Assembly: GCA_046735395.1 (NCBI GenBank)
Contig: JBJKQR010000084.1
Location: 10,188-74,187 of the forward strand
Direction of reading: 5' to 3'
Source of the DNA: Fidelibacterota bacterium
Lineage (GTDB): Bacteria > Fidelibacterota > Fidelibacteria > Fidelibacterales > DSDE01
Length of the DNA: 64,000 nucleotides
The notes below the pieces were generated by a model that had not been told where the DNA came from, made no database searches, and saw only the letters and a program-made list of their open reading frames with translations. How positions within the stretch are numbered: the stretch's first letter is position 1; the number at the start of each line of letters is the position of its first letter. Of the stretch, positions 1-9,711 are shown piece after piece. Both the position numbers and the translations under genes were made by a program.

Positions 1-100
1 CGGCCACGGAAAACTGCCGCTGCATGTAAAAGAGATTCTGCCGCGTAATGGGTATCTCGATGGCGTCTCTGAAAACTATTTTATCCCAGTCATTTTCCAT
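1..100 (-). CDS. Partial hypothetical protein running off the left window edge
   Basis: ATG at 100 overlaps the stop of the upstream ORF. The frame MENDWDKIVFRDAIEIPITRQNLFYMQRQFSVA stays open to the edge, consistent with a continuing operon. Confidence 0.45.
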   Translation of the reverse strand, partial: MENDWDKIVFRDAIEIPITRQNLFYMQRQFSVA

Positions 101-458
101 AATTGATTTTTATCTCGAATTCAAAGCTTAGGGGTTCTTCAAGGTCAGTCATTCCATCACAGGAGAAGTGAAGTTTCACATCATCCGTTTCTTCGGGAAA
201 ATCCAGATCCTCAAGACAATCAAAAAGATTCTCCTCGGAAATTCCGTTGTGAAGAATCAGCGTTTCATCCTTATCCCAGTGCCGGGACCGGATCAATCCG
301 TATTCCAGTCCGGCTAAGGTATCCAGCAGATCATCATCCTTGTCATAGAGACGGATTTCAGTAATGACCAGCTCGAGAAATTCCTCTCCGGTACTTTTCT
401 CCAGGTCGTCAATCTTGTCCGTCACAATCTGAATAATCTGTTCGTAATCGAGTTTCAT
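90..458 (-). CDS. Hypothetical acidic protein
   Basis: Asp/Glu-rich ORF directly after amrS. ATG at 458 is preceded by AAAGGA. No family recognised. Confidence 0.7.
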   Translation of the reverse strand: MKLDYEQIIQIVTDKIDDLEKSTGEEFLELVITEIRLYDKDDDLLDTLAGLEYGLIRSRHWDKDETLILHNGISEENLFDCLEDLDFPEETDDVKLHFSCDGMTDLEEPLSFEFEIKINYGK

Positions 459-466
459 AAATCCTT

Positions 467-1462
467 TCAATTCAAATAAATGTTATTATCCACACCACAT
501 TCGCATCCCTGTCCTTCAACTGCGATTGCGGCATAGCCCGTCCTTCTGATTAGTACTCTGTTACAGTTTCTGCAGCGGGTATCGTTATCGATGCCGGCAA
601 CATTCCCTAGATAAACATACGGTAATCCGGCCTCATTTGCAAGCACCCGTGCGTTAATAAGTGTCTGAGGTCGCGTGGCCTGTCTATCCATCATATCCCC
701 GGCGGGATGAAAGGCCGAGAGATGCAAGGGAACAAGGGGTGACAGGTTTGAGGCGATCCATTCAAATTCCCGTTTAAGCAGGTCGTCATCCGTATTCAAT
801 CCATCAATAAGCAGAGTGGTGATTTCCACATGAATATCTCTCTCAACCAGGAAGCGCAGCGTATCCAGAACTGCTTCGAGCCGCCCTCCCGTCTCATGCC
901 GGTAAAAGTTCGGATCAAAGGATTTGAGATCAATATTAGCCGCGTCAATATTTTCAAAAAGCGTTTCTCTAACTGCAGGCGATACATATCCGTTACTAAC
1001 GACGACCGTGCGTATTTGTTCCTGCCTGGCGATGCGGGCGATATCCCTCACATATTCGGCAAATATCACCGGTTCATTATAGGTGAAGGCCACAGACGGA
1101 CAGGCATGCTGTTTTGTCATTTGTATTATGCTTTCGGGAGAATGGTCCGGCAATGAATCCGAATCACTGCCGCGGGAAAGATGCCAGTTCTGGCAGAAAC
1201 TGCAGGACAGGTTACATCCGTAGGTTCCGAGGGAAAAGATGTCCGTTCCGGGAAGGAAGTGGTACAGCGGTTTTTTTTCGATGGGGTCCACGGCAAGCGC
1301 CGCCGGCCGGCCGTAATTGAGGGAATACAATTTTTCGCCATTCCTCACACGGACACCGCAGACACCGGCGCTGCCATCATTCAGCCGGCAGGTCCAGGGA
1401 CACAGTGTGCAGACAATTCTGTCGCTGTCACTGTTGTATTCCCAGTAGTCCGCAACTTTCAT
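467..1462 (-). CDS. amrS: AmmeMemoRadiSam system radical SAM enzyme
   Basis: N-terminal CTLCPWTC...GVCGVR, DPIEKKPLYHF, CNLSCSFC radical SAM motif, FTYNEP, NIDLK, YVYLGNV. Start placed at MKVADYW. Confidence 0.9.
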   Translation of the reverse strand: MKVADYWEYNSDSDRIVCTLCPWTCRLNDGSAGVCGVRVRNGEKLYSLNYGRPAALAVDPIEKKPLYHFLPGTDIFSLGTYGCNLSCSFCQNWHLSRGSDSDSLPDHSPESIIQMTKQHACPSVAFTYNEPVIFAEYVRDIARIARQEQIRTVVVSNGYVSPAVRETLFENIDAANIDLKSFDPNFYRHETGGRLEAVLDTLRFLVERDIHVEITTLLIDGLNTDDDLLKREFEWIASNLSPLVPLHLSAFHPAGDMMDRQATRPQTLINARVLANEAGLPYVYLGNVAGIDNDTRCRNCNRVLIRRTGYAAIAVEGQGCECGVDNNIYLN

Positions 1463-1475
1463 ATTTTTATCGTAT

Positions 1476-2192
1476 TCACTCAAATAATTTATCAAGACGG
1501 CTGCCCACATTTACGGCCTTGACCGTGTCGGGAAAGGAAAAATTAAGGTAGAGCCGGTCAGGGCTGTCATATTCAAGAAGCAGGCTGAGCGTCGCATTGC
1601 CGGCTTTCCAGTTGATGCGCTTCAGGGGCAGGGCATTGCCGCGCCGCAGGGCGGGATTGAAATCACGCAGTTCCACCGACCGTGAGTGCCCGAAGCGGGG
1701 TTCCAGCCAGTGCCGAACACTTGAAAACAGCGAATCAGCGGACAGCTGTCCCTTCATACCTGACAATATGATGCGAACGGACATGGCAGTAAGATGTCCG
1801 TCCCGGAACACCGGCGTAAAAAGCAGGGAATCGCTTCCCTGTGTTTTCAGCCAGGTACTTTCGGTTATCTGTACCAGATCTCCGGACGATAGCGTCCCGA
1901 TCGTTTCGTCCTCCCCGGCCAGCCAGGCACAGCCGAAAATTTCAGTCTGCAGCGAGAGAGAATCCATCGCCAGGGACAGCGGAAAGGCACGGGCAGCAGG
2001 CGTAACCTGTATTTCGCTGCGCGGTGTCACAGCCGGAACGGAAACCGGACTCTGCACAGAAGCCGTACTGTCCTCCTCGGGCAATTCAGGAAGCGCCAGA
2101 AGCTCCAGATCAACACGCGACTTGATCTCCTCCGGCGTCTGTGCCCATAGCAGAAAGGGAAGCAACAGAAGAATTATGCTCATTTTCTTCAT
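1476..2192 (-). CDS. Hypothetical secreted protein
   Basis: Sec-type signal peptide MKKMSIILLLLPFLLWA. Overlaps the upstream gene by 4 bp. Confidence 0.7.
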   Translation of the reverse strand: MKKMSIILLLLPFLLWAQTPEEIKSRVDLELLALPELPEEDSTASVQSPVSVPAVTPRSEIQVTPAARAFPLSLAMDSLSLQTEIFGCAWLAGEDETIGTLSSGDLVQITESTWLKTQGSDSLLFTPVFRDGHLTAMSVRIILSGMKGQLSADSLFSSVRHWLEPRFGHSRSVELRDFNPALRRGNALPLKRINWKAGNATLSLLLEYDSPDRLYLNFSFPDTVKAVNVGSRLDKLFE

Positions 2193-2536
2193 TTTTCGAA
2201 TAAATTCCCCAGCAAAGAGTTCAGGATTGATAGAGTCAGCGCACCCCAGAAAGCGACGGCAAATGACGAAATGGCAAAACCATCGATCAGGGAGGCCGTG
2301 AAATACAGGATCAGAGCATTGATGACCAGCAGAAACAGCCCCAGGCTCAGTATGGTTACAGGAATGGTGATCAGAACGAGGAACGGCTTGACGAACTGAT
2401 TGAAAACAGCCAGCAGCACCGCGACTGACAGCAGCGTGAGGTACCCGTCAATATGTATCCCGTTAAAAAGCCTGTCCGTGATGAGCAGAGCGAGAAAATT
2501 CAGAATAATCCGGGCAGCAAACTGTTGTTTTTTCAT
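2189..2536 (-). CDS. YvlD/DUF360-type membrane protein (phage holin family IV-like)
   Basis: Four hydrophobic segments with NQFVKPFL..ITIPVTILSLGLFLLVINA and GF.I.SF..AFWGAL motifs. Confidence 0.85.
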   Translation of the reverse strand: MKKQQFAARIILNFLALLITDRLFNGIHIDGYLTLLSVAVLLAVFNQFVKPFLVLITIPVTILSLGLFLLVINALILYFTASLIDGFAISSFAVAFWGALTLSILNSLLGNLFEK

Positions 2537-4059
2537 TTTCTCTTTCTGAATTTATCGATGATGTCGTCGATCTGAGACCCGGTAAGTCCCGAGTTTCCAA
2601 ATGTTTCCACATTTTTTTTGGACGGTGCCGGCTCCTGGTCAAAGCGGCTGTAGTTTCCCTTGATCCCGCTTCCTTCATCCAGATAAGCCTTCTTTCCGGC
2701 AGTCGGATTAGCGGGAACCGTTTCCCAGGCGATACGCTTGATATCGACGAGATGAGCCGGTCCCACATTGTCGGAGATACTGTTATTTCCCCTGGCGCCG
2801 CAGCCCAGAGTCAGGCTGGGCAGCAGTCCGGTGGTATTCCCCACGGCGCCGTGCACGGCAGGACTGTTCACCACCACTCTCGAAGTCAGGCATTTCAGGC
2901 CATATTCCAGAGCGAGATTGGTATCCGATGTATGAATGGCCGCCGTATGGCCCATTCCTCCGAAACGTGTCACTTCCAACGCCCGCTGTATGGCCGTATG
3001 ACTGTTGTCCACCGCGATGAGAGCCAGTACGGGCGATAATTTTTCCATGGTGAGCGGCTCACTGGCGCCGATGGCCGATACGTCCGCCACCAGAATTCTC
3101 GTACCCCGCGGCACGTCAAACCCCGCCATGGCGGCAATGGCTTCGGCGGATTTTCCCACAATCTTCGTATTGAGATGTCCCTGTATGGTCATGGTGGCCT
3201 GCAGCTGTTCTTTTTCCTTTTTATCCACGATGTAGGCACGGTTTTCCTCGAGGCCTTTCCGAACCCGGTCATAGATTTTCTTATCGCAGATCAGTGTCTG
3301 CTCAGAACTGCAGATCAATCCGTTATCAAAGGATTTTCCGGTAACGACGTCCCGGACAGCCTTCTCAATGTCGGCGCTCTGTTCAATATAGACCGGCGTA
3401 TTCCCGGCGCCGACACCAAGGGCAGGGTTTCCCGAAGAATAGGCAGCTTTTACGATGCCCGGCCCGCCTGTGGCCAGAATGACGGCGATGCGCGGATCCT
3501 TTATCAATGTTGTCGCGCCCTCGATACTGGGGGTCTTGATGCAGGAAATGAGACCCTCGGGCGCTCCCGCTTCCTCTGCGGCCTGCCGGAGCAGATCAAA
3601 AGTATGGCGGGTACAGGCTGCTGCAGAGGGATGAGGTGAGCCGATCACCGCATTCCCGCTCTTGAGAGAAATGAGGGTCTTGTAAATGGCCGTGGACGTC
3701 GGATTTGTGGTGGGAATGATGGCGGCCACGATTCCCTTGGGCTCACCTACTTCTATCACTTTCCGCCGTTTATCCTCATTGAGAATTCCCAGTGTCTTCA
3801 TATCCTTGATGGCAGTCCAGAGATCACGGGAGGCAAACTGATTCTTGGTAATCTTGTCCTCATATTTGCCCATGCCCGTTTCCTCGACGGCCATTTTTGC
3901 CAGATTCACTGCTTCTCTGTAAGCCGTATCCGCGACTTTTTTACAGATCTCATTTATTTTTTCAGGTGAAAAGCGTCGGAATTCCTCAAAAGCGGCGAGC
4001 GCATCGGGAATAAGCGAACGGACTTCCTGTATTGATACCAAGTCTTTATCCATGTTCAT
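2533..4059 (-). CDS. CoA-acylating aldehyde dehydrogenase (EutE/PduP-like)
   Basis: MDKDLVSIQEVR N-terminus, PTTNPTST, ATGGPGIV, GVGAGN, FDNGLICSSE (catalytic Cys), EKLSP, GHTA, SLTLGCG. Confidence 0.9.
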   Translation of the reverse strand: MNMDKDLVSIQEVRSLIPDALAAFEEFRRFSPEKINEICKKVADTAYREAVNLAKMAVEETGMGKYEDKITKNQFASRDLWTAIKDMKTLGILNEDKRRKVIEVGEPKGIVAAIIPTTNPTSTAIYKTLISLKSGNAVIGSPHPSAAACTRHTFDLLRQAAEEAGAPEGLISCIKTPSIEGATTLIKDPRIAVILATGGPGIVKAAYSSGNPALGVGAGNTPVYIEQSADIEKAVRDVVTGKSFDNGLICSSEQTLICDKKIYDRVRKGLEENRAYIVDKKEKEQLQATMTIQGHLNTKIVGKSAEAIAAMAGFDVPRGTRILVADVSAIGASEPLTMEKLSPVLALIAVDNSHTAIQRALEVTRFGGMGHTAAIHTSDTNLALEYGLKCLTSRVVVNSPAVHGAVGNTTGLLPSLTLGCGARGNNSISDNVGPAHLVDIKRIAWETVPANPTAGKKAYLDEGSGIKGNYSRFDQEPAPSKKNVETFGNSGLTGSQIDDIIDKFRKRK

Positions 4060-4079
4060 GAAAAGAGTTCCCTACTTTG

Positions 4080-5306
4080 TTAATCCTCGTTTGTCTGATT
4101 ATAACGACTATCCAATTCTTTGTCAAGCTCTACCTGATGCGGGGCCACCACTTTATCGAGTTTCCCGGCAATCGCATCCAGAAGAGAGTCCAGTACCTGC
4201 CATCCCTTAAAATTACATCGAAGTCGAGTTTCTTCAAAATGAAAATATTGTTCCGGAAGCTCCCGGTCAATATTTTCGATCAGCGTCCTGACAAGGGTCC
4301 AGGACAGGGCTGAAAAATTTTCCCGGCGAATCCCCTCATCCGACCGCAGCCCGACCATCATTTTTTCCAGAAGAATCTCCCGGCTGTCCAGAATTTCCCG
4401 GCCGGGCCATTCCGGATCACCCGCTTCCATACGACTCAGATAGGCAGGAATGGAATCCTCATGCCAATGATGTATCCGGCCGGACTTCCCGTGGGCCCCG
4501 GCACCAATGCCGATATAATCCCCGAAACTCCAGTAGTGCAGATTATGCCTGCACTCAAACCCGGGTCTGGCAAAATTGGAAATTTCATAATGACGAAATT
4601 TCCGTGTATCCATCCATTCACAGAGTGCATTGAACTGGTCCAGCTGATCCGATTCGGGGAGCTCATGCAGCATTCCCTCCCGCAGGTGGCGGTCGTAGAG
4701 AGTTCCGGGCTCACGGGTCAGGCTGTAGGCCGAAATGTGCGGCGGATCGAATTCGGCCAGACGGTTCAGCGTCCGCAGCAGGCTGTCCGCACTCTGCCCG
4801 GGAACATTCCAGATAATATCGGCAGACCAGTTGGGCCGCGATAATTGAGAAACGTATTTCATGGCTTTCAGCGCCCTGTGGCTGTCATGAATGCGCCCCA
4901 GTGTTTTCAGTTCCTCATCCTGCAGGGACTGAATCCCGAAACTGAAACGGGTAATTCCGGCACTCTCCAGTTCAGAAAGCATGGCCGGACTGCTGACAAA
5001 TTCCGGATTCATCTCCATGGATATTTCCGGATTATCCTCACAGGGATAGAGTGCATGTATCTGCTCCAGCCACTGATGAATCTGTTCCGGCGAATAGAGA
5101 TTCGGCGTCCCTCCGCCGATGTAGACAGACCCCAGTTTCCCGGTACCGGGATGAATCTGCCGGGCCCGCATCTGCAATTCCTTCATGACAGCGTCGTGAT
5201 AGATCTCGGACTGCGCACTGAACTGCAGGGTCGAAAAAAAATCACAGTAATCGCAGCGCTTCTCACAGAATGGAACGTGGATATAAATGGAAAATGTTTC
5301 GTTCAT
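4080..5306 (-). CDS. hemW: Radical SAM heme chaperone HemW
   Basis: YIHVPFCEKRCDYCDF, GGGTP, YEISNF and the HemW-type HNLHYW motif. Confidence 0.85.
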   Translation of the reverse strand: MNETFSIYIHVPFCEKRCDYCDFFSTLQFSAQSEIYHDAVMKELQMRARQIHPGTGKLGSVYIGGGTPNLYSPEQIHQWLEQIHALYPCEDNPEISMEMNPEFVSSPAMLSELESAGITRFSFGIQSLQDEELKTLGRIHDSHRALKAMKYVSQLSRPNWSADIIWNVPGQSADSLLRTLNRLAEFDPPHISAYSLTREPGTLYDRHLREGMLHELPESDQLDQFNALCEWMDTRKFRHYEISNFARPGFECRHNLHYWSFGDYIGIGAGAHGKSGRIHHWHEDSIPAYLSRMEAGDPEWPGREILDSREILLEKMMVGLRSDEGIRRENFSALSWTLVRTLIENIDRELPEQYFHFEETRLRCNFKGWQVLDSLLDAIAGKLDKVVAPHQVELDKELDSRYNQTNED

Positions 5307-5343
5307 AGAGTGACGGATGCGGGGCCAGAGTCCTTCTGCGTGT

Positions 5344-6273
5344 TCAGCTTACGATATGAAAAATTCTGTCCCAGCGGATCTTCTTGTAAAAACGTGACCA
5401 GGGCTGAGTCTTGTCCCAGGAAAAATACATGATCAGGGGCGTTCCCGAGATATATTTATAGGGAACGAGGCCCCAGTAGCGGCTGTCGTAACTGTTATCC
5501 CGGTTATCGCCCATCATGAAATAGAAATCCTGCTGAACGACGTATTTCGATACAGGACTGCCATCCACGTAAAAGGTATTGAAACGATAGGTCACGGTAT
5601 GGCCGTCCATGGACATGATATTGTAAATATAATCGGGCAGACAGTCGTAAACCGACAGCGTGTCGCCTTTCCGCGGAATGTAGATGCGGTGATACTGGTC
5701 CCTGTTTCCATTGCTGCGGGGAAAGATGTTCGCTTCCTGGTAGGATTTATCGTAAATGTGATCATAATTGATGATCGAAGTTTCCGGATCGGGAAAGCGG
5801 ACACCATTGACATAGGGAGCCTTGTCCACCACTTCCACCGAATCGCCGGGCGTGGCAATGCAGCGCTTCACGTAATTGGTCCAGGGATCGTGGGGAAACT
5901 GAAAGATCACCACGTCTCCGGTGGCCGGTTTCCGGAATGCGGGCAGACGCAGATAGGGAATATTGAATCCGATGCGTGTAAAGGGAATGCCCACCCAGTC
6001 CGGTGTCCTTGCGCCGTAGATGAATTTATTGCCGAGCAGAAAGTCCCCCACATGAATGGTCGTTTCCATGGACCCGGTCGGGATCTGATAGGCTTCGATA
6101 ATGCCGGCCCGGATGAAAAAGACCGCAATAATGACATAGGTCCAGCTCTTAATTTCGTAGATCACCTTGTCGTGCATGGTCTTGGGCTGAACCTTCTGCT
6201 TTTTCCGGAATACTTTTCTCCACCAGGGAGCTGACATTTCCGGCCTGTCGGGGTTCTGTGTCGTGTTGTCCAT
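5344..6273 (-). CDS. lepB: Signal peptidase I
   Basis: IPTGSME (catalytic Ser), YVKRC (Lys), FMMGDNRDNSYDSRYWG. Confidence 0.95.
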   Translation of the reverse strand: MDNTTQNPDRPEMSAPWWRKVFRKKQKVQPKTMHDKVIYEIKSWTYVIIAVFFIRAGIIEAYQIPTGSMETTIHVGDFLLGNKFIYGARTPDWVGIPFTRIGFNIPYLRLPAFRKPATGDVVIFQFPHDPWTNYVKRCIATPGDSVEVVDKAPYVNGVRFPDPETSIINYDHIYDKSYQEANIFPRSNGNRDQYHRIYIPRKGDTLSVYDCLPDYIYNIMSMDGHTVTYRFNTFYVDGSPVSKYVVQQDFYFMMGDNRDNSYDSRYWGLVPYKYISGTPLIMYFSWDKTQPWSRFYKKIRWDRIFHIVS

Positions 6274-6281
6274 AGATTTCC

Positions 6282-7259
6282 TTACTGTTCTAAAATGTTC
6301 TCGTAATGCCGGATGCGTGGCTCAAACCAGTCCCGGCATTCAACAATGACGGCATCAAGGCGCATTTCGTATTCCTCGATCTCCTTCGTCTCAAAATAAC
6401 GTTCGGCAAGAGAACAAAGCCTGTTGATTTTGGGTTCATCTATCCACTCCGCCGCATCCAATGGATTATTGGATCCGCGGGTTTTAACTTCCACAAAGAC
6501 AAATAGTTCCTCTTTTTTAAAAATCGCGTCGATTTCACCGAGATGCCCCAGCGTGACATGGCGGTCCACAAAAGTATAGCCCTTACGAATCAGGTGATAA
6601 ATCGCCCAGTTTTCACCCCAGCGCCCGAGTGTTTTCGGATCAGGATGTTCGGGAAACGCAAAATCCCTCACGGGCCCGAAATCACGCCGGTGAATGGGCA
6701 GAGGCAGATAGTTGTCAAGCGCTTGCAGATGCGCGGCCGTCCCATAGCCCTTATGCTTTTCCAGTCCGTATCCGGGGTAGATCTCCGCCCAGCGCTGCAT
6801 GAGCCGGTCGCGGCTGACTTTTGCCAGGATGGATGCGGCCGCAATGGCAAAGGATTTCCGGTCACCACCGGTCACGAGCACGGCGGAAGGGAGACGCGGC
6901 GGGCGGCGATTGCCGTCAATCAGTACGGTATCCGGTTTCGGATCAAGCGACTCCACAGCCCGGGCCATGGCTTCCAGAGCTGCATTCAGGATGTTCAGGT
7001 CGTGGATCCGCGAGACACCGAGAGACTTTACGGACCAGCTGAGGGCATGCTGCATTATCCATTCGTACGCTTCCTCCCGCTGAGTTTCGGATAATTTTTT
7101 TGAATCGCGGACCAGATGAAAGGGTTCCGTTTCCGGAGGAAATACCACGGCCGCGGCAGTCACCGGACCGGCCAGAGGCCCCCGGCCGGCTTCATCGGAG
7201 CCGGCAATGAGCGTAACCGGAGTTTCCCGGTACTGTCTGTCAAAATCGAGAAGCGTCAT
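6282..7259 (-). CDS. rnhB: Ribonuclease HII fused to a C-terminal YraN (UPF0102) nuclease-like domain
   Basis: DEAGRGPLAGPV, DSKKL, IDGN, AAASILAKV, KHKGYGT, continuing in frame into GRWGE...GEIDAI...FVEVKTR...RLD (YraN). Confidence 0.9.
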   Translation of the reverse strand: MTLLDFDRQYRETPVTLIAGSDEAGRGPLAGPVTAAAVVFPPETEPFHLVRDSKKLSETQREEAYEWIMQHALSWSVKSLGVSRIHDLNILNAALEAMARAVESLDPKPDTVLIDGNRRPPRLPSAVLVTGGDRKSFAIAAASILAKVSRDRLMQRWAEIYPGYGLEKHKGYGTAAHLQALDNYLPLPIHRRDFGPVRDFAFPEHPDPKTLGRWGENWAIYHLIRKGYTFVDRHVTLGHLGEIDAIFKKEELFVFVEVKTRGSNNPLDAAEWIDEPKINRLCSLAERYFETKEIEEYEMRLDAVIVECRDWFEPRIRHYENILEQ

Positions 7260-8350
7260 TGTATCCGTGCAGTCAGAATCGCTGCCAGTAATTTTTCTAT
7301 CATTTCATCGCTGTGCATCCGGTTCAGGGCAAATCGAAAAAATCCTTCATCAGGCCCGCCGGGATAGCGGATGTAGGAGGAGTATATTCCAGCCTCATCC
7401 AGAATCTTCAGCAATTCGCTGCTCCGGATGGTTTCGCCCGACAGGATAATGACCGGGGTCGGGGCAGCTGTCACCGGGATCCCCTGTTCCAGAAGCCGGT
7501 TTTTAAATCGTTCCGCCTTCGCGTTCAACTCGCTGCTCCACTGCGGATGGGATCGGAGCAGGCGGAGTGATGCGGTGGCCGCAGCAGCCTGAGGCGGAGG
7601 CATGGCCGAACTGCCGCGGAATATATCGCTTTCCTTCAATTTCCGGATGAAAGCGGAAGAGCCGGCAATAAATCCGCCATAACATCCGACAGTTTTACTC
7701 AGTGAACCGGTCATGTATACTGACAGTCCTGTCTTGCTGACGGTCTGTGACAGTCCCCGTCCCCCTTCACCGGCTATTCCCAGCGAATGGGCTTCATCCA
7801 GCACAAGGGTCGAAAAAGCTGCACCAGATTCCTTGAGATATACTTCCAGCGGAGCCAGTGATCCGTCAAGAGGCCTCATGCCCTCGGCACAGAAAGCGAG
7901 CGGATGGCCATTCTCCTGAAGCTCCTCAGCGTATCGCTTCAGGGAGCGCAGGTCGTCGGGTGCAAAATACCGTACCCGCGTATCCGACAGTTTCAGCCCG
8001 GTCCTGAGACTGGGGTGAGCCGTGCTTTCCACGAGCCAGGACTGCGTCTGCGAAGACAGGGCCTGAAAAAGCGCCAGATTGGCCAGATACCCGCTGGCAA
8101 AGAGACAGGCGGATTCCAGACCGGTAAATTCCGCAATTTCAGCTTCGAGTTCTTCAAATCGGACGTGATTACCGGTGGTGGCCCGGCTTCCGCCCGTATT
8201 CAGTCCGTCGGCGTCCATAACCCGAATGAATTCTTTCCGGACCTCCGGGTGCCAGGACATGGCCAGATAATCATATCCGCCAAAAAAGAGCTGTTCACTG
8301 TTATTATTCAGGACATGACAGGCATCTGTGTGCTGAAGGGGAAGGGCCAT
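7256..8350 (-). CDS. PLP-dependent alpha-oxoamine synthase family enzyme (BioF/Kbl-like), substrate unknown
   Basis: DYLAM, GGSR, FASGYLAN, DEAHS, GSLSK (PLP lysine). Confidence 0.8.
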   Translation of the reverse strand: MALPLQHTDACHVLNNNSEQLFFGGYDYLAMSWHPEVRKEFIRVMDADGLNTGGSRATTGNHVRFEELEAEIAEFTGLESACLFASGYLANLALFQALSSQTQSWLVESTAHPSLRTGLKLSDTRVRYFAPDDLRSLKRYAEELQENGHPLAFCAEGMRPLDGSLAPLEVYLKESGAAFSTLVLDEAHSLGIAGEGGRGLSQTVSKTGLSVYMTGSLSKTVGCYGGFIAGSSAFIRKLKESDIFRGSSAMPPPQAAAATASLRLLRSHPQWSSELNAKAERFKNRLLEQGIPVTAAPTPVIILSGETIRSSELLKILDEAGIYSSYIRYPGGPDEGFFRFALNRMHSDEMIEKLLAAILTARIQ

Positions 8351-8357
8351 CGGACCC

Positions 8358-9476
8358 TCACAAGGATTTTATGGAAGCCAGGTAGGCCGGATCGGGAACA
8401 CAGCCGATGCCCGGCGTATCAGGCAGAACGACGGATCCGTCAACAAATTCGGCGCCCCCGATCAGGGGTTCATTCAAATGTCCCACATTCGCATCCAGAT
8501 CGAAATAGCGGACGATTTCAAAGGCGGAAGCAAAATGGGAAAAGGCCGTATTTCCCAGGCCGGATTCGGACATACAGCCCACCATGCAGGGAATATGGGC
8601 AGCCTGAGCAATGGCTGCAATCCGTGAAGCCTGCAGAAATCCGCCGGACTTGGACATTTTTATATTCATCATGGGAGCCGCAGACTTTGCGATGATGGCC
8701 AGCGCATCTTCCGGGCCGAAGAGTGACTCATCCGCCATGACAGGTATGGGAGACTGGTCTGATACATATTTCATACCATCCAGGTCCCCGCGCCGCACCG
8801 GCTGTTCGCAGTATTCGATATTGAGAGATTCGAAGCGGCGGAGGGCTCGCACCGCCGTCACTCTGTCCCAGCCCTGATTGGCATCAATGCGGATACTCAC
8901 ATCCGGGCCGGCAATTTCACGGATCAGGCTCAGCCTCTGAAAATCATTTTCCACATCCAGTCCGACCTTAGTCTTGATCTTCCGGAATCCACCGTCCAGT
9001 ATCTTCCTTACCTTCAGCTCGGTCGCGGCCATATCGGAAATTCCCATGGTGACATCTGTCTCCATTTTCCGTTTCCGGCCACCAAAAAACATGTAGAGCG
9101 GAAGCTGGCAGATTCGGGCATTCAGGTCGTATAATGCCATGTCAAATGCAGATTTCAGGGTAGAATTCAAGGGGAGAAAATCATGCATTTCCTGAATGAG
9201 AGACTGATACTCAAGGGCATTGCGGCCCAGCCAGAGCGGACGCAGATTCACGGCGGCGGCCAGATTGATGGTCTGTGTCTCACCCACAATGGCCCGAAAG
9301 CTCGACGCTTCGCCCCAGCCCTCCACGCCACTCTCCGTCACAATATGAATGAGCACATTCTCCGCCGTATCAATGCTCATGGTCGCTATTTTAAAGATAT
9401 CCTCCAGCTGAATATTGAAAGGATATATGCCGATATGCTCAATCTTATGACTCGGACTACTCTTGGCTGTTTGCAT
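8358..9476 (-). CDS. Dipeptide epimerase (L-Ala-D/L-Glu epimerase-like, enolase superfamily)
   Basis: GWGE, KTK, DANQG, EQP, MADES, NIKMSKSGG, VGCM, DLD motifs. Confidence 0.9.
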   Translation of the reverse strand: MQTAKSSPSHKIEHIGIYPFNIQLEDIFKIATMSIDTAENVLIHIVTESGVEGWGEASSFRAIVGETQTINLAAAVNLRPLWLGRNALEYQSLIQEMHDFLPLNSTLKSAFDMALYDLNARICQLPLYMFFGGRKRKMETDVTMGISDMAATELKVRKILDGGFRKIKTKVGLDVENDFQRLSLIREIAGPDVSIRIDANQGWDRVTAVRALRRFESLNIEYCEQPVRRGDLDGMKYVSDQSPIPVMADESLFGPEDALAIIAKSAAPMMNIKMSKSGGFLQASRIAAIAQAAHIPCMVGCMSESGLGNTAFSHFASAFEIVRYFDLDANVGHLNEPLIGGAEFVDGSVVLPDTPGIGCVPDPAYLASIKSL

Positions 9477-9583
9477 AATTCACTTACTCCGTATTGATTT
9501 CAGGCCCGAAAATACGCCAAATCACCGGAATTAACCACCATTAATTATAGCAGGAAGATGCGTGACTGAGTCCGGGCACGACA

Positions 9584-9626
9584 CTTAATATTTAAGAAAC
9601 GAACTATTTTCTATTTAATTATTAAG
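9584..9626. promoter_or_regulatory. Two AT-rich palindromic boxes in a divergent promoter; candidate Lrp/AsnC sites
   Basis: CTTAATATTTAAG at 9584 and TTTAATTATTAAG at 9614, 30 bp apart. Confidence 0.35.
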
Positions 9627-9711
9627 TTTATTCTGCAGGTTTATTTTATATTTTATTTTGTTTAGCCAAATTATTAATATAAATTCCACACGATTCATAA
9701 AAGGAGATACC

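Noticed and set aside
2189..2536. Holin-family membrane protein as evidence of a prophage
   Set aside because: YvlD/DUF360 proteins are common chromosomal genes, and no phage structural, lysis or integrase genes are nearby.
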